Virus record (IMG/VR): IMGVR_UViG_3300045282_000112
Coordinates: 20,384 to 84,383 of that record
From: a virus
Direction: 5' to 3' (one strand)
Length of the DNA stretch: 64,000 bases
Positions 36,201-44,135 of this stretch are shown here, piece by piece. The translations under genes and the position numbers were made by a program. The notes beneath the pieces were generated by a model. It had not been told where the DNA came from and made no database searches. It saw only the letters and a program-made list of their open reading frames with translations. Each line of letters begins with the position of its first letter. Position 1 is the stretch's first letter.

Positions 36201-38594
36201 TCAGCAGTCCTTCTGCCAGCCGCAGCCGTCACCGGAGCGGTTGTAACCCTCGACGTATCCGCGCTCCGAGGTCTTCTCGATCTCGTCGATGCGCGCCTCC
36301 TCCTCGGGGCTCTTGTTCTCCTTCGCCACGAGCACGCGGCGCTCCTCGTAGAGCTGGTGACCCTCGCCGAACTTGTATTCGAGCAGCGCGTGGGTGTTGA
36401 ACTGCAGCTCGGTGACGATGCCGTCCTTGGTGCGGAAGTTGAGCATCAGGTCACGGTAGCCTGCCATGGGGGTGAGGAAGCGGTCCTTGACGCGGATCAC
36501 GTCGTTGTTTTCGACGAAGTCCGCCACCGCCTGACGCACGGTCACGCAGTCGTCGAAGGCGACGGTAGCGCGCAGCACATCCTTCAATCCCTCGGGTGGC
36601 ACCTTCTCGTCGCGCATCTTGCGCTCGGCCGACGAGCGCGCCTTCATGGTGCGGGTGCCGGGCTCGGCACTGGTAGCGGGCGGGTAGGTGACCTTGCCGC
36701 CGAACTTCTGTGCAAACTCCTCGACCGTGCTCATGAACTCAGGCTCGGCGGTCTTGCAGGCCGCATACAGCTCGTCGATGTCGTTGGTCGGCTGTATCTG
36801 CTGATCCGGCGGCTGGTAATCCGCGCCCATGTTCTGCGCGATGTCGGTCTTCTTCGCGACCGTGGCCGTGCCCTTCGACTGCGGCGCGGTCTGGGTCTTG
36901 GTGCTGCCGGTAACCTTGGTCTCGCTGCTGGAGCTGCCGCCACCGCCGGGGCCGAACTTGCCCTTGTTGTCGGGCTGGCCGCGCGGGTGCTTGCTCTCTT
37001 CCCACTCGTCGCGCGAGCGCACGCCGAGTAGCTGCCGCACATGATCAGGATCGTAGTCGCGCGTGTGCCGGTAGCGGCGCAGGTTGAGGCGACCGGCGCT
37101 GACCGGCTTGGCGTCACGGGTTGGCTTGCCGCCACCCTTCTGGAACGGGCTACCACCACCGGGCTTCTGCTGCCCCTGCTGGCTCGGGTGCTGGTTGCCC
37201 ATGGCGTTGCCCGCCAGCATCTCCTTGCGCTTCTCGGCCTCGGCTTGCGCTGCCTGCTCCTCGGGGCTCTGCATGCTTTCGAGCGCGAGCTGTTCCTGAT
37301 CCTCAAGCGCCTGCTCAAGGCCCGGGTAGACGCCATCCTCGATCAGCTGGTTCTGCCGCCCGATGCGCAACGCCTCGGCGTCGACCAGCCCCATCATGAC
37401 ATCAAGGTTGGTGACATCGGCCTTCAACTTGGAGACCGCCGCCTTCTCGGTGGCGGGCATCTGCCACAGCGGGTTCCAGATGTAGTAGATCGACGGGTCG
37501 CGCTTGCCCAGTGCAGAGCGGATCAGTGCATCGTCAAGAGAAGCAAGGGCGGGAGACAATACATTGGTCTGATCTGAGTTAACTCGGTCGTAGTAGTTAC
37601 GGACATCACTCTCTCCAGTAGACTGTAGTCCAGCAGGGGACTGTCCCAGCATACGTGTAGCGGGGATGTCTGCTGCACCGGAGGCGATGAGGAGATACAT
37701 CTGCAGGACATCGGGGAGTTGCGTGAAATTCGCATTGATGCGCTCCCACTCCTCCTCCTTGTCGAGGAGCAGCGTGTTGATCACCGACTTCACCGAGTTG
37801 GCATACATGAAGCGTGCGGTGAGCCGGTTCTGATACTCGGCGGTGGCGATGTTCTGCGACAAATCGGGGATTTTAATGATGTCGAACTTGCTTTCGGTGA
37901 CCAACGTCGCGATGGACTGTGTCACCAGCGTCGCCGACATCACGGCGTCCTGCACGTTCTGCAGCACGGGATCGCCCCAGATTTCCCCCATCATCACGGG
38001 GTCGGGCAGCTGCATGCCCTTCAGCACGATGACCCGCGACGGGTGTATCTGGAACTCGTCGCGCGACAGCTCGGTGCCAACGTCCATGTTGCGCGTGAAG
38101 TAGAGCGGCTTGCCGTAGAGCGGGTCCATCACGTCCTTGATGAGCGGACCCGTGCCCAGCGCCCAGCGTGAGACGGGAATGATGAACTCCAGATCGCCCT
38201 TGCCGACCTTCTCGAAATTCAGCGGCTGGCTGGCGCGTCCCTGCTTGATGCCCATGATGATCGCCGCGCCGCCGTAGAGGCGCGCCAAGATCAGCGCCTC
38301 CTTCAGCACGCACTGCACATCGAGGCGCGTCTCTTCGGCCTCCAGCTTCTCGATGACGTTGGTGTCAGCCTGCCACGCACGCCACGCGCGGGTGGCATCC
38401 TGTGCCGGGATGTCGATCAGCTTGCGGGCCAGCCAATTGGCGCGGTAAGCGCTCTCCAGCTCATACTGTGACAGCGGGTTGAACTGGAAAAACGACGCGC
38501 CCGAGGCGGCCTTGTCGCGCCCCGGCACGCCGAAGCCTGCCATGAGGTTGATCAGGCTGTCCTTGAACTCGGCAGTCACCCCTTGATAAGTCAT
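36201..38594 (-). CDS. Portal protein (DUF1073 family) fused to a C-terminal RelA/SpoT-like nucleotidyltransferase
   Basis: WLARKLIDIPAQDATR, ARLYGG, IHPSR, GAADIPATRMLGQSPAGL..TGESD, WNPLWQ; C-term K..SSAERK, KDVLRAT, GYRD, ELQFNT, GHQLYE. Confidence 0.9.
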   Translation of the reverse strand: MTYQGVTAEFKDSLINLMAGFGVPGRDKAASGASFFQFNPLSQYELESAYRANWLARKLIDIPAQDATRAWRAWQADTNVIEKLEAEETRLDVQCVLKEALILARLYGGAAIIMGIKQGRASQPLNFEKVGKGDLEFIIPVSRWALGTGPLIKDVMDPLYGKPLYFTRNMDVGTELSRDEFQIHPSRVIVLKGMQLPDPVMMGEIWGDPVLQNVQDAVMSATLVTQSIATLVTESKFDIIKIPDLSQNIATAEYQNRLTARFMYANSVKSVINTLLLDKEEEWERINANFTQLPDVLQMYLLIASGAADIPATRMLGQSPAGLQSTGESDVRNYYDRVNSDQTNVLSPALASLDDALIRSALGKRDPSIYYIWNPLWQMPATEKAAVSKLKADVTNLDVMMGLVDAEALRIGRQNQLIEDGVYPGLEQALEDQEQLALESMQSPEEQAAQAEAEKRKEMLAGNAMGNQHPSQQGQQKPGGGSPFQKGGGKPTRDAKPVSAGRLNLRRYRHTRDYDPDHVRQLLGVRSRDEWEESKHPRGQPDNKGKFGPGGGGSSSSETKVTGSTKTQTAPQSKGTATVAKKTDIAQNMGADYQPPDQQIQPTNDIDELYAACKTAEPEFMSTVEEFAQKFGGKVTYPPATSAEPGTRTMKARSSAERKMRDEKVPPEGLKDVLRATVAFDDCVTVRQAVADFVENNDVIRVKDRFLTPMAGYRDLMLNFRTKDGIVTELQFNTHALLEYKFGEGHQLYEERRVLVAKENKSPEEEARIDEIEKTSERGYVEGYNRSGDGCGWQKDC

Positions 38595-38639
38595 GTCAGT
38601 TACTTACCGTCGAAAGGTCGGTTGCAAACTGCATATCCA

Positions 38640-38735
38640 TCACGTCCCTTCATCGGGCTGGTCACCGCAGCGCCACGCCAGCGAGACGAGGAAGCCGACG
38701 AGCGCACCAGCCAAGAAGATCAGGGTCTCAAACAC
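38640..38735 (-). CDS. Small TM peptide in the lysis cassette
   Basis: GTG start; FETLIFLAGALVGFLVSLAW. Confidence 0.4.
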   Translation of the reverse strand: MFETLIFLAGALVGFLVSLAWRCGDQPDEGT

Positions 38736-38838
38736 CGTAGTGCTGTTGTGCCCACATGATGCCGACGACCACGCCGATCACCATGCCGCCGAACATCGCG
38801 AGCACGGCAAACAGCGTGCACAGCGCGGCGGTCGTCAC
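38728..38838 (-). CDS. Small TM peptide in the lysis cassette
   Basis: GTGA overlap with the endolysin stop; LFAVLAMFGGMVIGVVVGIMW. Confidence 0.45.
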   Translation of the reverse strand: MTTAALCTLFAVLAMFGGMVIGVVVGIMWAQQHYGV

Positions 38839-39527
38839 ACCATCACCTGCACTTCACGCCGCAGCTTGTCGCCGCACTCCCTCGCGCCCTGCTCAGTGCT
38901 GTCGAAGGCGAGGCGCGTGTAGTCCCACTTGCCTTCCTGTGCGACGCCGCAATTGGCCTGCACCTCGGCGTGGCTGAGCACGGTCTGCGGCGTGACCGGG
39001 ATGCCGTAGAAGACGCAGAGGTCGGCGACGACCGCGATCAGCACTTCCCATTGGTCCTCGGTCATCGGGTAGTCGCCTGCGTCGAACGGGCTTTCCTTCG
39101 CGCCCGACATGCAGCACAGCGAGACGCCGATGGACCCTGTGTTGAAATTCTTGGTGTGCGCCGCGTAGGTGCCGTCGCTGGTGCTGACGTTGTCCTTGAT
39201 CGAGTAGGAGCCACGCACCAGCTTGCCGTCGCCCTCGATCAGGATGTGGTAGTGTGGTGTGTCACCACCGCCCGCCTTGTGCGTGCCAGCGGTCCAGTGG
39301 CAGATGACACGCTCCATGTCGCAGTCTGGCATCCACGACGGCGGCACAATGCCGGGGACGGGGCCTTCACCACCCTCCTCGACCTCGGGCGGCGCAGGCA
39401 GCGGTGCGAACTCGTCGAGCGCATCGAAGATCGCCTCCTCGGTGAGCGGCCCATACATGCCGTCGCTCGGACCCGGGTCGAAGCCCAGCGAGCGCAAGCG
39501 GTCCTGCAGTTCGTCGGTTCGCATCAT
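38835..39527 (-). CDS. Endolysin: peptidoglycan-binding domain + N-acetylmuramoyl-L-alanine amidase
   Basis: LQDRLRSLGFDPGPSDGMYGPLT; ICHWTAG, YHILI, AHT...NTGSIGV, LSHAEV. Confidence 0.92.
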   Translation of the reverse strand: MMRTDELQDRLRSLGFDPGPSDGMYGPLTEEAIFDALDEFAPLPAPPEVEEGGEGPVPGIVPPSWMPDCDMERVICHWTAGTHKAGGGDTPHYHILIEGDGKLVRGSYSIKDNVSTSDGTYAAHTKNFNTGSIGVSLCCMSGAKESPFDAGDYPMTEDQWEVLIAVVADLCVFYGIPVTPQTVLSHAEVQANCGVAQEGKWDYTRLAFDSTEQGARECGDKLRREVQVMV

Positions 39528-39666
39528 GTCCTCCCGGTATGTCTAACTTGCACGGCTACTTGCCCAACTCGCCCCATGAGTTGGGCAAGTAGCCTCCACC
39601 CGAAGGGTCCAGTGAACCATCAGACCGGGCTGGGGGCGATGGGAAGGAACACCCTCGGGTGAAGCT

Positions 39667-39945
39667 TCAGTGTGGCAGTGTCGTCGGTCGCTGCGCGTCC
39701 TGCGTGACGCACACCTTGACGATGTCGAGCACGTTCGTGACCAGCCCAACGCGGCTCGTCTCCAGCGTGGCGAGGAAGTAGGCAGCAGCCACGACGAAGG
39801 CGAGGTTGAGCAGCACGATCAGCAACAACACCGGCTGCGCGCCAAGCGAGCCTATGGCATCATGTGCAACGGCAATGCCTGCCTGCACCGCACCGGGCGG
39901 GTGCGCCGCGAGGATGACCTGACCGTTGGTGGGGGGCTTGCCCAC
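39667..39945 (-). CDS. Membrane protein, possible holin
   Basis: PVLLLIVLLNLAFVVAAAYFL; next to the endolysin. Confidence 0.55.
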   Translation of the reverse strand: MGKPPTNGQVILAAHPPGAVQAGIAVAHDAIGSLGAQPVLLLIVLLNLAFVVAAAYFLATLETSRVGLVTNVLDIVKVCVTQDAQRPTTLPH

Positions 39946-39958
39946 TGCATGCAGGCGC

Positions 39959-40285
39959 TCAGCCGCCGTATGAAAAGCTGACGCTGGCGCTGCCGCGCAT
40001 CACGGTCACCTCGGTGTCGCCGCTCTCCGACTTGACCCACAGGCGTTCGCCCTCGACCGGGTCGAAGCCCTGCACAGTCATGGCGCTGCCGCGCGCCGAC
40101 GAGCCGCTCGGCCCGGTCACGCGCACGTATTTCGGCGTGTCGGTATTGGGCACGCCGGGGCCGCCGATGCTGACGCGCAGCGTCTGCCCGCTGCTCACCA
40201 CCAGCGTGCAGTTGAGGTTGCCCTCGCCGCTCACGTCGGTGTAGCCGTCGGCGTTGACCGGAATGCGGTGCGTGGTGGTGCCCAT
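39959..40285 (-). CDS. Hypothetical protein
   Basis: AGGAGA RBS, beta-rich 108 aa. Confidence 0.6.
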   Translation of the reverse strand: MGTTTHRIPVNADGYTDVSGEGNLNCTLVVSSGQTLRVSIGGPGVPNTDTPKYVRVTGPSGSSARGSAMTVQGFDPVEGERLWVKSESGDTEVTVMRGSASVSFSYGG

Positions 40286-40294
40286 GCTGATCTC

Positions 40295-40651
40295 CTATGC
40301 CTTGGCCTCGGCTCGGCTATCCAGTGCGGCAGAGTTCTCACGCATCACTTGTTTTAGAGCCTCGGATGGCGAGCCGCTAACGTCACTCACGCCGACGGTC
40401 GCGGCCTCGGTCTTCGCCGCCTGACCAAGCTGGTAGGGCATCCACGCGCACCAGAACGCACCGCCTTGCGGCTTGTCGTCGTCCTGTAGAAGCTGCACGG
40501 AGGTCTGGCCGTAGGGGATACCCTCTTCCGCGATCACCATGAGGTTGACCATCTTGTCGCTGTGCACATGCGCAACGATGGCGGCTTGCGCCTTCTCCGG
40601 GGCCTTGCTGCTGTAAAACCAGACGACGCGTCCGACAGTTGGCTTGATCAA
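40295..40651 (-). CDS. Conserved phage hypothetical protein
   Basis: AGGAGA then TTG; IKPTVGRVVW...AAIVAHV...VNL.V...WMPYQ. Confidence 0.7.
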   Translation of the reverse strand: MIKPTVGRVVWFYSSKAPEKAQAAIVAHVHSDKMVNLMVIAEEGIPYGQTSVQLLQDDDKPQGGAFWCAWMPYQLGQAAKTEAATVGVSDVSGSPSEALKQVMRENSAALDSRAEAKA

Positions 40652-40670
40652 TGCTTTATCTCCTGTCAAA

Positions 40671-40857
40671 GGGCGGCGACCTACACACGCTCTCGCGGTC
40701 CAGTCTCAGGGTAATCCTGAACCAAATGTGTGCAGGCCGCCTAGTCCGGTAAGCGCTATGCGGGGATGCTGGGAGGTGAGCAGTCCCCAAAACGCAAACC
40801 GGGATCAGGTTGGGGCCGGGATTGCAACTCCCGGCCCCATTACGCCAGCGCTTGCTT
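40671..40857 (-). ncRNA. Candidate structured RNA (two multi-stem domains)
   Basis: 14-bp and 11-bp stems, GAGA tetraloop, G-U pairs on the minus strand; no convincing ORF. Confidence 0.45.
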
Positions 40858-40879
40858 TTGCCGAGCCACGCGGGCGCGA

Positions 40880-41152
40880 TCAGGTGTCTTCGTCGTAGCC
40901 GTAAAAGGCTATCTCCCCCCAGTCAGGGTCGTCGACATCTCCGCGTTGCCACGGCGGCTCAGTGGTGATGCGGTAGCCGAAGTTGGGGATTAACTCGACG
41001 AACCAAGCGGTGGGCTCGTGCGCGTTGGCTACGCCCCGCTGCCGCCACTTCAACTCGCAATACGAGCGCAGCTCGTAGGGGTGGACCGCAAGTGGGACGA
41101 TGCGCGGTTCATCGCGCGCGATGACCATCCTCGGGTCGTCCCACTCGGTCAA
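40880..41152 (-). CDS. Hypothetical protein
   Basis: Coupled ORF after terminase. Confidence 0.55.
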   Translation of the reverse strand: MTEWDDPRMVIARDEPRIVPLAVHPYELRSYCELKWRQRGVANAHEPTAWFVELIPNFGYRITTEPPWQRGDVDDPDWGEIAFYGYDEDT

Positions 41153-41361
41153 TTCTTGAACTTCGGCATACCGGGACGGTCAAGCCCGACATCGGGCAGC
41201 GGCTGCTCTGGCCTCGGCTGCGGGCGCACCGAGCGGGCCGCCTTCATGCGTGTCGCCATCTCGCGGATGAACTCGTGGCGCGTGATGCCCATTGCGTCCC
41301 ACGGCGTCTGCTTCTTGTCGCCGGTCGCGGGCTTCGCGGCGGTCTTCGCTGCTGCTACCAT
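41149..41361 (-). CDS. Hypothetical protein
   Basis: GGAG RBS; overlaps the terminase stop. Confidence 0.55.
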   Translation of the reverse strand: MVAAAKTAAKPATGDKKQTPWDAMGITRHEFIREMATRMKAARSVRPQPRPEQPLPDVGLDRPGMPKFKN

Positions 41362-42905
41362 AGCCTTGCTCCTCCGAACACCTTCTGTGCCAGAATGTTG
41401 CTGGGAACGTCGCCGACCCAGCTCATGTCGCTGCGGTAAGTAGAGCCCAGCGTGAGCTTGGAGAACGCGCCTGCGGCTGCATCCACCATGTCAACGTAGG
41501 CTCCGTTGGGGAAGGTCTCGTGCTCGCCGATGAACTCCTTGTTCCACTCGGCGGCGAGGATCGACACGTTGCCTGCCTGAACTTGGGCGGCGTAGGGATC
41601 GGCGCGGATGTGCTTGGCATCGGTGACCTTGTCGGCCTCCACCTTGTAGCCCGACAGCATGCGCACCGTGGCCTCGGCGCTGTCCTTGCCACCTGAGCCG
41701 GGCTCTTGCTCTACCACGGTCAGCACGTTGTTGCCCACGTCCTGCCGGTCGAGCTGTGCTGTCTGCAGGATCATCTTCTCGCGGTCGAGCGCCGAGAGCT
41801 GCTTGCGGCGCACGTCGGTGACGATGAAGCGCCCGTCATTCAGCTTCGACATGCGCACGCCCGCAGTATAAGCACCACCCATTTCTGTGGCTGCTTTGTC
41901 CCAGTAACGGACAGTCTTGGCGATGTCCTTGGGTGCTGCTTGCACAACACGAAATTGCTCGATGGGGAACATACCCCCGCCAGCAATGATCGGGTTCTGC
42001 TGGTATAAGCTCACCCATGAGGCTTGGCTCAGGCCACGGCGGCGTTCCTCTAGGAACTCCAGCGACTTGAACTCGGGGAACAGCGCCTCGCCCTTCTTGC
42101 GGTGCGCCTCGTCCTTGATGGCGATGGCCGGGTAGTCGAGCACCACGGTCTCGGGGAATTTTTCGAGGAAGCGACCGGCCGGATCGTCGAGGTGCCAGCG
42201 GGTCAGCGTCATCAGCAGCGCGGCGTGATCCGAGAAGCGGGTGAAGAAGTCGTCGGTGAGCCAGCTCCACGTCGCGTCGCGCACGGTCTTGGAATTGGCC
42301 TCGCGCCTGCCCTTGATCGGATCGTCGATGAAGCCGAAATCAAGGCCCTTGCCCGTGACCTGTCCCGACACCGTCGTGTTGCGGAAACTGCCCTTGAATG
42401 CGCCCTGCACGGTCGGGTTAGTCGGCGTGTGCTCGCCCATGTATTCGAGCAGGTTGTTGTTGCGCATGCCCCCGACAGAGCGGCCGAAGGTGGGGAGGCG
42501 AGCACCGAACACTGACTTGAAGCGGTCGCCGTCCATCATGCGCTGCAGTGAGACGTTGACGCCCTGCCCGAGGTCGTCGGAATAGCTGGTGAACAGGCAC
42601 TTGAGATTTGGATTGCGGCCCGCCACCCATGCGATGAAGTCGGTGACCACGGTCGTCTTGCCGTGCTGTGGTGGTGCCATCAACACAAGCTTTGGCCGCT
42701 CACCGTTCATGAAGCGGTAGTAGAACGCCTCAAGATGGTCGCATACTTCCTTGATCCACCAGCCGCGAACCAAGTCTTTCTCACGGATGTGACAACGGAA
42801 ATTGTAGAAGAACTGTCGCGCCTCGCAGCGCGCCAACTCCTCTACCAATGCTACATCACGGCTGTTCTTGACCTTCGGCAGGAGGTCAGTGGTAAATCCG
42901 GTCAA
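41355..42905 (-). CDS. terL: Terminase large subunit
   Basis: APPQHGKT Walker A, IDDPIK Walker B, TRWHLDD, LYQQNP, YWDKA, EQEPGSGGK, DMVDA. Confidence 0.96.
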   Translation of the reverse strand: MTGFTTDLLPKVKNSRDVALVEELARCEARQFFYNFRCHIREKDLVRGWWIKEVCDHLEAFYYRFMNGERPKLVLMAPPQHGKTTVVTDFIAWVAGRNPNLKCLFTSYSDDLGQGVNVSLQRMMDGDRFKSVFGARLPTFGRSVGGMRNNNLLEYMGEHTPTNPTVQGAFKGSFRNTTVSGQVTGKGLDFGFIDDPIKGRREANSKTVRDATWSWLTDDFFTRFSDHAALLMTLTRWHLDDPAGRFLEKFPETVVLDYPAIAIKDEAHRKKGEALFPEFKSLEFLEERRRGLSQASWVSLYQQNPIIAGGGMFPIEQFRVVQAAPKDIAKTVRYWDKAATEMGGAYTAGVRMSKLNDGRFIVTDVRRKQLSALDREKMILQTAQLDRQDVGNNVLTVVEQEPGSGGKDSAEATVRMLSGYKVEADKVTDAKHIRADPYAAQVQAGNVSILAAEWNKEFIGEHETFPNGAYVDMVDAAAGAFSKLTLGSTYRSDMSWVGDVPSNILAQKVFGGARLW

Positions 42906-43263
42906 TAGGGATACCCCGTGCGGCCAGCTCGGCGCGCACCTCGTCGATGCTGCGGTAGGTCACCTCCTGCGTGGTGGTCGAGGTAACCTGCAGCGGGATG
43001 ACGCGTGCCAGCAGGCTGGCGTAGGTGCGCGGGTCAGTGCGGGCGATCTGCTTCAGGTAGCCAACCAGCCCGTCGAGCCCCTTGCCGTCCTCGCCCACGC
43101 ATTGCGCGGCGTAGAGGATGGCGTCCTTCAGGACCACTGAGGTGCGGGATTGGCCGCCCCTGCGTCGGCCTCGGCTGTCGTAGGGGCGGTTTTCGTCGCC
43201 GGGCAGCGGTGCACCGAGCATGTTCAATTCGGCGCGCGGCACCTTCAGAACGGCTCGTTTCAT
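42886..43263 (-). CDS. Putative terminase small subunit
   Basis: LKDAIL.AA...GLVGYL...LLARVIPLQV; immediately upstream of terL. Confidence 0.7.
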   Translation of the reverse strand: MKRAVLKVPRAELNMLGAPLPGDENRPYDSRGRRRGGQSRTSVVLKDAILYAAQCVGEDGKGLDGLVGYLKQIARTDPRTYASLLARVIPLQVTSTTTQEVTYRSIDEVRAELAARGIPIDRIYH

Positions 43264-43331
43264 TGCTACCGCAGCGGCACGGGAATGCCGCCGTCCTCTC
43301 GCTAGAACAGACAACACCCCGAACACCTATA

Positions 43332-43820
43332 TCAGACTGCAGCCACCAATGTCACGGGGCAATGCACGCGGCTTTCGCGACCGAGGATTGACAGGAGGAT
43401 AGCGACGCGCTGCTGCGCGTCCATCCCCTCCACGATCCCGACATGATTGACAAACGGTCCATCGGTGATGCGCACCGACTGTCCCTCGCGGAAGGTGTTG
43501 GTGGCATCGGGCAGGCACACGACGCCGACCTCGTCGGCCAGCACCTGATAGCTCTCTACGATCTGCGGAGACACTTCACACGCCCTCGCTCCCATGGCCA
43601 AGACACGCAGCACGCCCATGGTGTTCTGCAGCCACGAGGCAGTGCCCTCGATATGCACAAACAGATAGCCGGGGAACAATCGCAGCGTCTTGCCCCAGCG
43701 GTCGTAGAAGAGAGGCGAGAACACCTCGCCGCCCTGTCGCACAATATGACGCGTGGCGCGGTTCTCGCACAGCGGCTGTGTCTGGGCAACTACCCAGCGC
43801 GGATGTGAGATGGCTCCCAC
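43332..43820 (-). CDS. NusG/RfaH-family transcription antiterminator
   Basis: WVVAQT.P..E, LFPGYLFV (NGN); GQSVRITDGPF...G (KOW). Confidence 0.9.
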   Translation of the reverse strand: MGAISHPRWVVAQTQPLCENRATRHIVRQGGEVFSPLFYDRWGKTLRLFPGYLFVHIEGTASWLQNTMGVLRVLAMGARACEVSPQIVESYQVLADEVGVVCLPDATNTFREGQSVRITDGPFVNHVGIVEGMDAQQRVAILLSILGRESRVHCPVTLVAAV

Positions 43821-44060
43821 CTACCAGCCATCCTCGGACTTGACGCTGGGATCGCTGTCCCTGAACGTCACGTCCTTGAAGTGCTGGCCGTCCTTGGTCT
43901 TGACGATGTCGCCGATCTCCAGCCCGCCTTGGGGCTGCTCGATCACCTCGACGCACTCGTAGGTGTCGCGCTCGATGTCGTCGATGGGGATCGGCGCATC
44001 GCTGGTCTGCTGAACAGCGCCGTCCTTCAGCGCGATCTTGGCGTAGAGCTTGTCGCCCAT
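43821..44060 (-). CDS. Hypothetical protein
   Basis: GGAGGGAG RBS before MGDKLY. Confidence 0.6.
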   Translation of the reverse strand: MGDKLYAKIALKDGAVQQTSDAPIPIDDIERDTYECVEVIEQPQGGLEIGDIVKTKDGQHFKDVTFRDSDPSVKSEDGW

Positions 44061-44135
44061 GTGCTCCCTCCCAGTGGGTTGCATGGGCGGATGGCTTATG
44101 TTCGAAAACGAACAAAGGCAACCCCGTAGGTATAC

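Noticed and set aside
37523-37735. 70-aa alternative-frame ORF over the low-GC portal patch
   Set aside because: No clear RBS and the sequence is not protein-like, unlike the nested ORF at 34319-34582.
36201-38594. Portal as the anti-CBASS nuclease Acb1 (a label often attached to DUF1073 proteins)
   Set aside because: I see no pair of HxT/S 2H-phosphoesterase motifs; the extension has RelA/SpoT-type motifs instead.
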